Positions 33,030 through 41,037 of a stretch of 43,770 nucleotides of DNA are shown here, piece after piece. This stretch comes from a virus: the IMG/VR virus record IMGVR_UViG_3300036924_000004. One strand, given 5' to 3'. The position numbers and the translations under genes are program-made. Numbering within the stretch: the stretch's first letter is position 1; the number at the start of each line of letters is the position of its first letter. The notes below the pieces were generated by a model that worked only from the letters and a program-made list of their open reading frames with translations, did not search any database and was not told the origin of the DNA.

Positions 33030-35645
33030 ATGCACCAGCTAAAGTTGTCAACAGGAAAGTTCGACCTAGGCCGCTGTGATGAGACTACAACCTCCTGGCC
33101 CTCGTTCTCAAGATCCCTAATGAATCCGCTGCGTTTAGACAAGCCTCAAAGCTACATCGATGGGCTAAAGTCCCGCGCCTTGGCCGCGACGCCTGAGGCC
33201 TCAGAGGCGGACCGGGAGCTGCGAACGCTCAAGGGCGCAGCTGGCTACTTTGTCGGTGGCACGTTCAAAACAAAGCTGGAAAAGTCCAATAGTTACGCTA
33301 GGAAAAACTTTAACCTAGCCGCCCGAACCCTCATAACGCTGGACGCAGACTTTGCCCCAACCAACTTCCCGGCTGTTATTCACAATTCCAGCGTTAGCCC
33401 CTATATCGGTACGTACTACACGACCTTTTCCCACAAGGATGATCGCCCAAAAATACGCATAGTTATGCCGCTAACAGGGCCCATATCGCCTGAAAAATAC
33501 CAACCTATAGCGCGGAAAATAGCCCAGTTAATATCGCCTGATCTAAGCTGGTTTGACCCCGTCTCCTTTGTAGAGGCGCAGCTTATGTTCTTTCCGGTAG
33601 TCCCTTTAGATAATCCATTTTGGGCGGACTCTTGGGGCTACGTGCCAGTCGATGGCGACGAGATACTCGCTTTGTATGAGAACTGGCAAAATCCGCTTTC
33701 CTGGCCCTTAACGCCTAAGGAGCTCGCTGACCCCCGAACGTACCGGGTCGACCAACTGAACGACCCGAGGCAAAAACCGGGCCTCATAGGGGCATTTTGC
33801 AACGCCTACTCGATATCTGAGGTAATCGAGACCTACCTCAACGATAAATACGTGCCGGTAGAGTCTAACCGCTACACCCATCTGGGCGGTAGTGGACACG
33901 CTGGCGCAGTGGCTTACGACGGCGACACCCATCTTTACTCGCGGCACACCCATGACCCTGCTAATACGGGAACCTGCCATAACGCGTTCGATCTAGTCCG
34001 CATCCATAAGTTCGGCTACCTCGACCAGACGGCCCCTGCGGGAACCCCGAGCAATGAGCTGCCAAGCCTAAAAGCCATGCTCGACTTCGCTAGCCGCGAT
34101 CCGGCCCTAGCGATAATGGGCTTTGGCAAGGTTACGCCCGATGCGCTTCCTGAGGAGGTTAGAGACTTGCCTCCTGAGGTTCTGGCTACTCTAGGCTACA
34201 ACGTGGACACGCAGATAGGGGCAAAGCCCAAGCCGCTAAGCCCTGGGCAAATCCAAGACGATATCCTTGAGGTACTGTCTGGGCGAAAAGGCCGCTGCTT
34301 TAACTCTGACTCGGATATCCAAAAGTGGGGAAGCGTCGACTTTTTCTCGTGTAACTATAAGGTCGTCGCGCCGATGACTGAGGGCTCAAACCCGATCATA
34401 ATACGCCTAGGCGACTCGTGCAAGCTAGCCGAACCCGAGGAAGTCGTCCTTGAGCTAATGGACTGGCTTAGGGTCGCCGTGGAAAGAGATAAGCGCTTTT
34501 TGCCGTATTTTAAGGACTCAAAGGACCTTATCCGTTACGTTAAGCTGTGGACCCACAAGCAAGCTGACCTTGAAGAGCTGCCAAAGCCTGTAGCGTTCCG
34601 AAGCGACCCCGAGCTGACGATGAACCGTCTAAGCTACGACCCACTACCATGTGACGACGTGCAGCTTCCGAGCGTAGCGCCTACGTTCCACTCGATGCTA
34701 AAGCGGATATCTACTAACAGGACAGCGCTTGTGCAGCGGCTAGGAAGTATCTTCGATATGAAAGCTAACCGCAAGCAAGCCGTTTGGCTATACGGTCCAG
34801 GCGATGCGGGAAAGAGCACTATCCAATGGCTAATCTCGCAAATGACCGGCCCAAAGCCCGTGTGCACGTTAAGCCAGGAGCTTATAAAATCGGCGTTCTT
34901 TACGCAAAACCTAGTGGGTCGAAGGGTAGCCCTAGTGCCAGAAGCCGGGGCTTGGTTTATACGCCAGGACAGATTCAAGTCGCTCACCGGTGACAGGATA
35001 CACGGCGTTAACCCAAAGGGGAAGCCGAGCTACTCAGCAAATATCGATACGATGTTCTTTTTCTTTTCAAACGATAAGCCCGAGATAGCGAACTCCAAGG
35101 AGTTTTTGAGCCGGCTCATAGACTGCAAGATCGACTCGATACCCGAAGACGAGATACTCGGCGAGTTCGAGGTTCAGCAGCGTCTGACAAGCGAGATGGC
35201 TTATATAATCGGTTACTGCGTATCAGCGTACAATAGGGTTAACCTGGGCCGAAGCATACCGGTTGAGCAAGCGACTCTAAAAGAGATAGCCGAGGACTTC
35301 CAGTCGAGCGAGTATGAGTTCGTTGAGCGCTACCTTAAGCCGGGAGAACCCGACGACTATAACGAGCACGAGCACGTTACGCCCAACCAGCTTTGCCGCA
35401 TGTATGCCGAGTGGCTGGGAACCGGCAGAAACGGGGCCAAGGAGCGCGACCTAAAGACCTTCCTGCGCCGCGACTACAAGGCCTATATCAAGAAACTAGG
35501 CTTCATGTCCGGTAAGCGCTATAGGGTTTGGTGCGGCGTGCTGTGGCGAGACCCGACGGAGCTAATGGCACTAGACCCGCCACCGGTATCACCGGCGCAG
35601 GTCAAAAGCAGCTTAATACTAGTACCGCCAGAAAATAGGCAGTAG
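33030..35645 (+). CDS. primase-polymerase (AEP-like) fused to P4/D5-type SF3 helicase
   Basis: N-terminal ITLDADF (DxD) and TFSHKDDRPKIRIVMPL. C-terminal Walker A in VWLYGPGDAGKSTI and Walker B-like RVALVPEAG. 871 aa. Confidence 0.85.
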   Translation: MHQLKLSTGKFDLGRCDETTTSWPSFSRSLMNPLRLDKPQSYIDGLKSRALAATPEASEADRELRTLKGAAGYFVGGTFKTKLEKSNSYARKNFNLAARTLITLDADFAPTNFPAVIHNSSVSPYIGTYYTTFSHKDDRPKIRIVMPLTGPISPEKYQPIARKIAQLISPDLSWFDPVSFVEAQLMFFPVVPLDNPFWADSWGYVPVDGDEILALYENWQNPLSWPLTPKELADPRTYRVDQLNDPRQKPGLIGAFCNAYSISEVIETYLNDKYVPVESNRYTHLGGSGHAGAVAYDGDTHLYSRHTHDPANTGTCHNAFDLVRIHKFGYLDQTAPAGTPSNELPSLKAMLDFASRDPALAIMGFGKVTPDALPEEVRDLPPEVLATLGYNVDTQIGAKPKPLSPGQIQDDILEVLSGRKGRCFNSDSDIQKWGSVDFFSCNYKVVAPMTEGSNPIIIRLGDSCKLAEPEEVVLELMDWLRVAVERDKRFLPYFKDSKDLIRYVKLWTHKQADLEELPKPVAFRSDPELTMNRLSYDPLPCDDVQLPSVAPTFHSMLKRISTNRTALVQRLGSIFDMKANRKQAVWLYGPGDAGKSTIQWLISQMTGPKPVCTLSQELIKSAFFTQNLVGRRVALVPEAGAWFIRQDRFKSLTGDRIHGVNPKGKPSYSANIDTMFFFFSNDKPEIANSKEFLSRLIDCKIDSIPEDEILGEFEVQQRLTSEMAYIIGYCVSAYNRVNLGRSIPVEQATLKEIAEDFQSSEYEFVERYLKPGEPDDYNEHEHVTPNQLCRMYAEWLGTGRNGAKERDLKTFLRRDYKAYIKKLGFMSGKRYRVWCGVLWRDPTELMALDPPPVSPAQVKSSLILVPPENRQ

Positions 35646-35658
35646 CTCTACGCTACTG
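35640..35658. terminator. 7-bp stem / 5-nt loop hairpin at convergent gene ends
   Basis: cagtagc tctac gctactg spans both stop codons (35643-35645 and 35653-35655). Confidence 0.35.
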
Positions 35659-36060
35659 GTCTTCGTCTAGACGAATATTTTTACCTGAATCTAGCGCGGA
35701 TTCTAGCGCTTTTTTGAAGTTAGCGGAAGACGAATCAATAGTAAACTCGGCCGCGTTCTTACTGCCGTCCCCGTCAAACAAAGCGGCTATAGTTCTTACG
35801 TCAAAGTCGCCTTTTGATCTTAAGAAAAATGTTGCCTTATGCTCGAATACTGTGAAGGCTATAGCTAAATCGGCTTTTGGGTATTTATCGAGTAGCGCAT
35901 CGCCTACCTCACTTCTAAGTATGGGCGTATTCACCATGGCGATATTAAGATAAGTCGCAACGTCAGTCATAAGCCAAGAGCCGTCTACTACTCCTTTAAT
36001 AAGCATTTCGTTCATATCGCCAAGCATTTTGTCTAATGCTTGTAGCTCTTTTATATTCAT
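35653..36060 (-). CDS. stand-alone degenerate DHHA1-like domain protein
   Basis: FFLRSKGDFDVRTIAALFDGDGSKNAAEF resembles the DHHA1 signature (LRS..dv..iA..fGGGGH..AAG) with GGGH replaced by GDGS. There is no DHH domain. Confidence 0.45.
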   Translation of the reverse strand: MNIKELQALDKMLGDMNEMLIKGVVDGSWLMTDVATYLNIAMVNTPILRSEVGDALLDKYPKADLAIAFTVFEHKATFFLRSKGDFDVRTIAALFDGDGSKNAAEFTIDSSSANFKKALESALDSGKNIRLDEDQ

Positions 36061-36063
36061 GCT

Positions 36064-36459
36064 TTACTCCTTTTCGTAAGTCAGCCCCCAGTTATCAGCT
36101 AGCCGGGCTGTGTCGCTCATAAACATGTATATAAACATAGTGTTGTTGCCGACAGCTTCTAGGGCCCATTCGTCGTGTATACGCTGTAAGCCTTGGATCA
36201 TAGGGTGATATTTTAACCCCGTTACCTTTTCGAATATTTTGGCGGTATCGCTATTTTCTAGATACGGGCAACCTTCTAGTTCATTTAATAGCTGTGTGTC
36301 TCCTATGATATGTCCTATAGGACAGCGCATACCGGTTTCTGTTTTATAAAGAGGTATTACGCCAGACCGCACGTCAATTCTTACGCTTGATGAGCCTTGG
36401 CTAAATACGCCGTTAACGCCCTTATAAAAAGCTTGTCTATAGGTTAACTTACTGGTCAT
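36064..36459 (-). CDS. hypothetical protein (paralog of 38794..39183)
   Basis: Shared blocks: LTYR, G-M-x-C-x-x-G-x-x-I-x-D, LQ-x-x-HD. Confidence 0.55.
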   Translation of the reverse strand: MTSKLTYRQAFYKGVNGVFSQGSSSVRIDVRSGVIPLYKTETGMRCPIGHIIGDTQLLNELEGCPYLENSDTAKIFEKVTGLKYHPMIQGLQRIHDEWALEAVGNNTMFIYMFMSDTARLADNWGLTYEKE

Positions 36460-36462
36460 GTT

Positions 36463-36903
36463 CTACTCCTTTTCGAGAAGGGCGGTATAAATTTCTCCTG
36501 GCTCTTCTAACCCGGTAGGTCCTGCTATCACGGCATTAACTTTGAAGTCTCGCAGCGTGTAGCCCTCAGCTAGTAGCGCGTTAACTTGCTCGTCAAAAGC
36601 CTTTCGGCTAAACCGTACCGTTACGGTCTTAATCGTACCGGTTGGGGCTATACAGGACTCAGGCTTAGGCTTAATTAGTTTCTGCACTTCGCGACAAAAC
36701 TCCCCGAAAGTCATGGTAGCCGCAGCCGTAGACCCACACCAAGTTCCGCCGGAAGCCTCTAGGTTATTTACGGTTTCGTATATAAATGTTCTAGTAAAGG
36801 TTGCCTCGCCCAGAGCTTTAAGCGTGTGCCACACTATTCTCATTTCCTCTAGCGAGGCGCAGCCAATAACGTGCGTTCGCAGCTCGTGTATGTTCATTTT
36901 CAC
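36463..36903 (-). CDS. hypothetical protein with N-terminal ELR..H.IG..SLEEMR..W..LK..GE domain
   Basis: The domain is also present twice in 37460..38164. Confidence 0.6.
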   Translation of the reverse strand: MKMNIHELRTHVIGCASLEEMRIVWHTLKALGEATFTRTFIYETVNNLEASGGTWCGSTAAATMTFGEFCREVQKLIKPKPESCIAPTGTIKTVTVRFSRKAFDEQVNALLAEGYTLRDFKVNAVIAGPTGLEEPGEIYTALLEKE

Positions 36904-36922
36904 CCTCTCTTAATAAACAGGT

Positions 36923-37108
36923 TTAGTCGTCGCAAACAGCAAAACTACATTTCTCGGTGTCGCCTAGCTGCTCCCCCGGACTGTGATTCGGGCACTCAGG
37001 ATTAGAACAGTAGTACCAATAGTCGCAGTACTGCTCTACGGCTTGTGTTACGACTATAGGGTATTCGCAAAAGTTACACTTGCGGCCTGTCATGAGCCAA
37101 GCATCCAT
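36923..37108 (-). CDS. Cys-rich small protein (putative zinc-binding)
   Basis: 61 aa with 8 Cys (CNFC, CDYWYYC, ECPNH, C..AVC). Confidence 0.55.
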   Translation of the reverse strand: MDAWLMTGRKCNFCEYPIVVTQAVEQYCDYWYYCSNPECPNHSPGEQLGDTEKCSFAVCDD

Positions 37109-37118
37109 TATTTTCTCC

Positions 37119-37463
37119 CTATATCAGTACCCATGATTTTAGATGTCGATGCCAAGCGGTGCTTTTGTCATCTAGCCCTAAGCAATGGGTACATTCCTCA
37201 CTTTCATAGACGGCTACACCATCTAAATCCTTCCATTTCTCAGGACAATTAGGAGGTTCAACTATATCTCCCTTCTTACGTTGCGCTAGGCCGGTTATGG
37301 TAAATATGTGGCCCTCAAAACCATTAGCTACTTTCCTAGCTTTAAATGGAAAGGGAGGGTTAAATTTATCAACTATTTCATCTAGGCTCATAGGCTCATT
37401 AGTCTTCTCGACTATTTCTAATATCGCTTTAGGTAGTTTTATTTTGTCTATTAGCTCACTCAT
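37119..37463 (-). CDS. hypothetical protein
   Basis: 114 aa with an overlapping stop/start with the upstream gene. Confidence 0.55.
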   Translation of the reverse strand: MSELIDKIKLPKAILEIVEKTNEPMSLDEIVDKFNPPFPFKARKVANGFEGHIFTITGLAQRKKGDIVEPPNCPEKWKDLDGVAVYESEECTHCLGLDDKSTAWHRHLKSWVLI

Positions 37464-38164
37464 TTTCTCCCCCGTTTAACTTCTGCGATGAATTCCTGCT
37501 GTCTGCGCTCCTCGTCAAGAATACCATATAGGCCCGCCTTGTTTCGTGGGTCAAGGTCCTTGTTACACTTCACACAGCAACCCAGAGAAACGTACCAGTG
37601 GAGCGAGCAATCATGGTCGGGAACCTGAGGCGTCACGTATGCCTCAGCCGGGTCAACCGCTTGTAACCCCGTCAGAAAAAGGACTAGCTCTTGAGGCGTC
37701 ATAGTTCCCCTATTCCCGGCCGTACCCCAGCCGGTCTTACTAGAGAAGCTTAAGGTTTGGGGAATAGTGTACTCGAAATTCGTTCGCGCGGTTGGCCCCC
37801 CGTATAGCCTTAGCATTTCCCAGGCTTGTCGCATTTCGTCTAAAGACTCAAAAGGCCCGATAGTGTGCTTACGCAGCTCTTTTGTGTCTATCTCGGAGTG
37901 CTGGGCTACGGCTTCCCTGTTCGCTTTTATCTTAAGGCCCATGAAGTACTCACAGCGAAGGAAGGCTCTATTCGAAAACGAGTCTGGCCAGCAGTCGCCC
38001 CACGTATTATGTTTTTCGCTATACTTAAGACTCTTAGCCTCACGGTAGCCACAGGATTTTCGCGCCATAGGTTCGCCTATAGCTTTAAGCTTGTCGAAAG
38101 CCTTTTTCATCTCTTCCATGTTTCCGCATTTAATAATGTATTTACGTAGTTTGCTAACTTCCAT
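37460..38164 (-). CDS. hypothetical protein with two tandem copies of the ELR..EEM..LK..GE domain
   Basis: Copies at about aa 1-75 and aa 93-170. C-terminal C..HW..LGCCVKC cluster. Confidence 0.6.
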   Translation of the reverse strand: MEVSKLRKYIIKCGNMEEMKKAFDKLKAIGEPMARKSCGYREAKSLKYSEKHNTWGDCWPDSFSNRAFLRCEYFMGLKIKANREAVAQHSEIDTKELRKHTIGPFESLDEMRQAWEMLRLYGGPTARTNFEYTIPQTLSFSSKTGWGTAGNRGTMTPQELVLFLTGLQAVDPAEAYVTPQVPDHDCSLHWYVSLGCCVKCNKDLDPRNKAGLYGILDEERRQQEFIAEVKRGRK

Positions 38165-38166
38165 GA

Positions 38167-38793
38167 TTACTCCTCGATTAGCTCGTCAAGTTTTTCCCAT
38201 TCGCCGAATGTTTTGTAGTTTTTCCAGGCCTCGTCAAAGGCCTCTTTAGTGGGCATAAATAGCGCCGTAGTCATAACGTTACCGTTCTTGAACTGGACCT
38301 TTCTCCGCCACCCTACGATACGCTTACCGGCGTCTATGAGAACGAACTGTTTAGCGTTTTCCGGGTACCACTCATAGACGCCGCCTTTAAACCCTACACA
38401 CATAGGAGTGCCATCGTACTCACCGCAGTACTGACGTTCAATACTCTTGACTAGTCTTCCGTCTACGTGCTGGATAAGTTCAGGCCTGTTTATGTACTCC
38501 ATTATGTTAACTGGAACCGTAGCCTTATCCGGTTTAGGCCTAAGCTCTGGGTAGTTAGCCCATGTCGCCTCTTGGTCGTAAACGCCAGGAAACTTATCTA
38601 GTTTAGACGTCGGTTTAGGCGTCTCTTTACGCGCTAGTTCGCTGAGTATCCCGCTAGCTGCGTCCGTAAGCTGAGCCAATAGCGAAGCTAATACAATTTC
38701 CTCAGGCTCAAAGCCCTGGTCTCTTATGTCTAGCGCGATACTGCGCGCGGCGCTTACAATTTCTTTCAGACTTTGCTCGTCGTCATTTAGCAT
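38167..38793 (-). CDS. hypothetical protein
   Basis: 208 aa ORF in operon register. Confidence 0.6.
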   Translation of the reverse strand: MLNDDEQSLKEIVSAARSIALDIRDQGFEPEEIVLASLLAQLTDAASGILSELARKETPKPTSKLDKFPGVYDQEATWANYPELRPKPDKATVPVNIMEYINRPELIQHVDGRLVKSIERQYCGEYDGTPMCVGFKGGVYEWYPENAKQFVLIDAGKRIVGWRRKVQFKNGNVMTTALFMPTKEAFDEAWKNYKTFGEWEKLDELIEE

Positions 38794-39183
38794 TCAGTAC
38801 TCCCACTCGGTTATTAGGTCTATGGCGTCGGGTTTAAGCTTGTGGTTTTTAGCCGTAAGTTTCAGCCGCTCTTTAAGAGCTTCCGCGTTTATCCCTATAT
38901 CGTGGTCTACTTGCAGGTCACGGCATAAGCGCCCTACGGAACCCGCAACCGGGAACCACTTGTCTATCACAATTTCGGCGCTGCAATTCTTGTCGTCCAT
39001 TACCCGGTCGTAGTCCTCGTCACTAATAAGCGAGCCCACAGCACAAGACATTTCTCCGTAGCGGTATCTGCACTGGTCAGCTTTCGGGTCAAAGCAGCGC
39101 TTTTTCTGCTTAGCTAGGTGCTTGCAGACATGATCGAAAATCTCTTGCTCGTTAGGCCTATAAGTTAGTAAAGTCTTTTCCAT
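38794..39183 (-). CDS. hypothetical Cys-rich protein (paralog of 36064..36459)
   Basis: QCRYRYGEMSCAVGSLISDEDY ... LQVDHD. Confidence 0.6.
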   Translation of the reverse strand: MEKTLLTYRPNEQEIFDHVCKHLAKQKKRCFDPKADQCRYRYGEMSCAVGSLISDEDYDRVMDDKNCSAEIVIDKWFPVAGSVGRLCRDLQVDHDIGINAEALKERLKLTAKNHKLKPDAIDLITEWEY

Positions 39184-39192
39184 GCGCGTCTC

Positions 39193-39258
39193 CTATCGGT
39201 CCAGGGCGTAAATCACGGCAAGCACTGCCACGACTTCGATTAGTAGTATTAGTCCCAT
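39193..39258 (-). CDS. 21-aa hydrophobic mini-protein (not in ORF track)
   Basis: MGLILLIEVVAVLAVIYALDR. An AGGAGAA RBS lies 8 nt upstream. Its stop sits inside the RBS of the next gene. Confidence 0.3.
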   Translation of the reverse strand: MGLILLIEVVAVLAVIYALDR

Positions 39259-39262
39259 GCGT

Positions 39263-39709
39263 TTAGTTCTCCTGTTTTTCTCTCTTCTCGGCTATAGGCT
39301 CTTCGGTTCTCGTTTCTTTGGTGTCCGTTAACTGCTGCACCCACTCGACTGAGCCGACGTTAGTAACGCTCTCGTAATAGGCTATAGCCTCCTTACCGTT
39401 AGCAAAATGCTTAGTGCTAACTTCTGGGTGTCTACCTTTGACTTTAACAGCGAATTGATAAACATCTAATTTTCTCGGCGCTAGGCGCAACCCCGGTATG
39501 CCTAGGAACTTCGAGGTATCCTTAAAGAACTTCGCTAATATAAAGCCATTAGGATCAGTTAAGACCATACGATAGAGGCTTTTCTCGGCCCCTCGTCCCA
39601 CTAACCACGTGCGTTCGCCATTAGTTACTTCTCGGCCAACAAGTTTGTCAAGGCCGCCATGAGCGTCTATAAACTCGGCTATTGTTTGGCACTTAATATC
39701 CTTTGGCAT
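39263..39709 (-). CDS. hypothetical protein
   Basis: 148 aa ORF. Confidence 0.6.
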   Translation of the reverse strand: MPKDIKCQTIAEFIDAHGGLDKLVGREVTNGERTWLVGRGAEKSLYRMVLTDPNGFILAKFFKDTSKFLGIPGLRLAPRKLDVYQFAVKVKGRHPEVSTKHFANGKEAIAYYESVTNVGSVEWVQQLTDTKETRTEEPIAEKREKQEN

Positions 39710-39911
39710 AGCTTTCTCCTGCTAGATAAGTTCGTTCAAATTCGCCCACGTAGTACACGCCCTTAGCGCCATCCAAGGTTACGAATCCTGGCCGCTCCGC
39801 GCTAGTGTCTTTCACACGGTATAGCGCACCGGTTCTGAGGTCCGGGTAAAAGTCACCGGTGTAGGCTATAACCGCCCCAGGCTTTAGGTTCTCGGCGTCT
39901 TTGATATTCAT
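39693..39911 (-). CDS. hypothetical protein
   Basis: 72 aa. ATGA overlap with the upstream 58-aa ORF. Confidence 0.55.
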   Translation of the reverse strand: MNIKDAENLKPGAVIAYTGDFYPDLRTGALYRVKDTSAERPGFVTLDGAKGVYYVGEFERTYLAGESYAKGY

Positions 39912-40084
39912 TCAGTGTCTCCCTCTTTGAATGTCACTTTCTTACAGGCGATACGTTTTTCAGCGCTGTGCTCGTTAGCCTCGTCGGCGCTTGTCTTGTC
40001 CGGGTGAACGACGCCGTAAATAATCCCGTGGCCGTTCTTGAAAACGTTAAGCCTAATAGTGTAAGTAGTTTCGGTGTCTTCCAT
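39908..40084 (-). CDS. 58-aa hypothetical protein (not in ORF track)
   Basis: ATG 40084 after AAGGAGG. Sequence MEDTETTYTIRLNVFKNGHGIIYGVVHPDKTSADEANEHSAEKRIACKKVTFKEGDTE. Its TGA overlaps the next ATG. Confidence 0.5.
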   Translation of the reverse strand: MEDTETTYTIRLNVFKNGHGIIYGVVHPDKTSADEANEHSAEKRIACKKVTFKEGDTE

Positions 40085-40097
40085 GGTAACCTCCTTG

Positions 40098-40682
40098 TTA
40101 CGGTGTATTATTAATAGCCTTATCGGCTAACTCGAACGTTTCCTTTAACTCGTCAAAACTAGTTATCGGTAGGCCCCGGCCTTGTGCCTCTTCGCAGCTG
40201 TCAAATAGTAGCGCCTGAGCGTTAAAAGGTTTTCCGTCTACGCGGCAGTAAACGCCATTAGCTATTGGCTTAGACGCGGCGTCTATAGACATGCCGATGT
40301 CGATACCGCCAGCATTGCGAAGTACCCGGGTCACTAAGCCTAGGTCCTCGTTGTCACATACTGGCCCTATGTAGCCCCTATCTAGCGCGGACCTTATAGC
40401 CACTGTTTTTCCGTAATATTTGTCCGGCCAGTACCCGAAAAGGCCCTCGCGTCGGTCTATCGATAAGTCAACACCTACCCCGGTAAGCGGCCGGTTGAGA
40501 TCTATCTCGTGCGGGCCGCTGTAGAACCCCGCGGCCCGACCTCCCCAAGTACTCGGGTGATCTTTATAGGTTAATAAGTTACGCAGAGCCGCGGTTTCTT
40601 CAGTAAGCGACTCCACTTGCCGCTCCAGTTCTGCTATGCGTCTAGATTTTTTAGAAAAGATGAATCTCATAGGGCTCCTCAC
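40098..40682 (-). CDS. hypothetical protein with N-terminal coiled coil
   Basis: 194 aa ORF. Confidence 0.6.
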   Translation of the reverse strand: MRSPMRFIFSKKSRRIAELERQVESLTEETAALRNLLTYKDHPSTWGGRAAGFYSGPHEIDLNRPLTGVGVDLSIDRREGLFGYWPDKYYGKTVAIRSALDRGYIGPVCDNEDLGLVTRVLRNAGGIDIGMSIDAASKPIANGVYCRVDGKPFNAQALLFDSCEEAQGRGLPITSFDELKETFELADKAINNTP

Positions 40683-40885
40683 TGCTTAGTTGGTATATCC
40701 GATATTTTAACACCGTAGGCTTTTGCCAGTTTTGGCGCCTGGCGCTTAGAACAGAAACGTTTGCCGCACTCTAGAAGGGATAAGAAGCCAATAGAGACGC
40801 CAGCTACAGGAGTTAGCTGCTCCAGAGTCTTGCCCATAGCGGTGCGCTTTACTTTTAACTTGCGGCCTTTACTTAGTTTTACCAA
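40679..40885 (-). CDS. small HTH DNA-binding protein (Cro/XRE-like), first gene of the early operon
   Basis: KTLEQLTPVAGVSIGFLSLLECGKR HTH-like segment. TTG start 6 nt after AAGGAGA. Confidence 0.55.
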   Translation of the reverse strand: MVKLSKGRKLKVKRTAMGKTLEQLTPVAGVSIGFLSLLECGKRFCSKRQAPKLAKAYGVKISDIPTKQ

Positions 40886-40934
40886 TGTAGGTCTCCTTTA
40901 ATTTATACGCGGCGCAAAAATTCCCCTTGTGGAG

Positions 40935-40963
40935 TTTATAAGTTAAAAATTTTTACAAATCAA
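40935..40963 (-). promoter_or_regulatory. sigma70-like early promoter TTGATT-N17-TATAAA
   Basis: Reverse complements of 40958-40963 and 40935-40940. The spacer is the conserved 17-mer with 1 mismatch. Confidence 0.5.
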
Positions 40964-40965
40964 GC

Positions 40966-40994
40966 TTGCTTTTCGATTTTCTTGAGAGTATCTT
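40966..40994 (+). promoter_or_regulatory. sigma70-like promoter TTGCTT-N17-TATCTT for the replication operon
   Basis: Hexamers at 40966-40971 and 40989-40994. Confidence 0.4.
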
Positions 40995-41037
40995 TAGGCG
41001 TGTAGTCGCTTAACTAATACTTAAGGAGTATATACCA

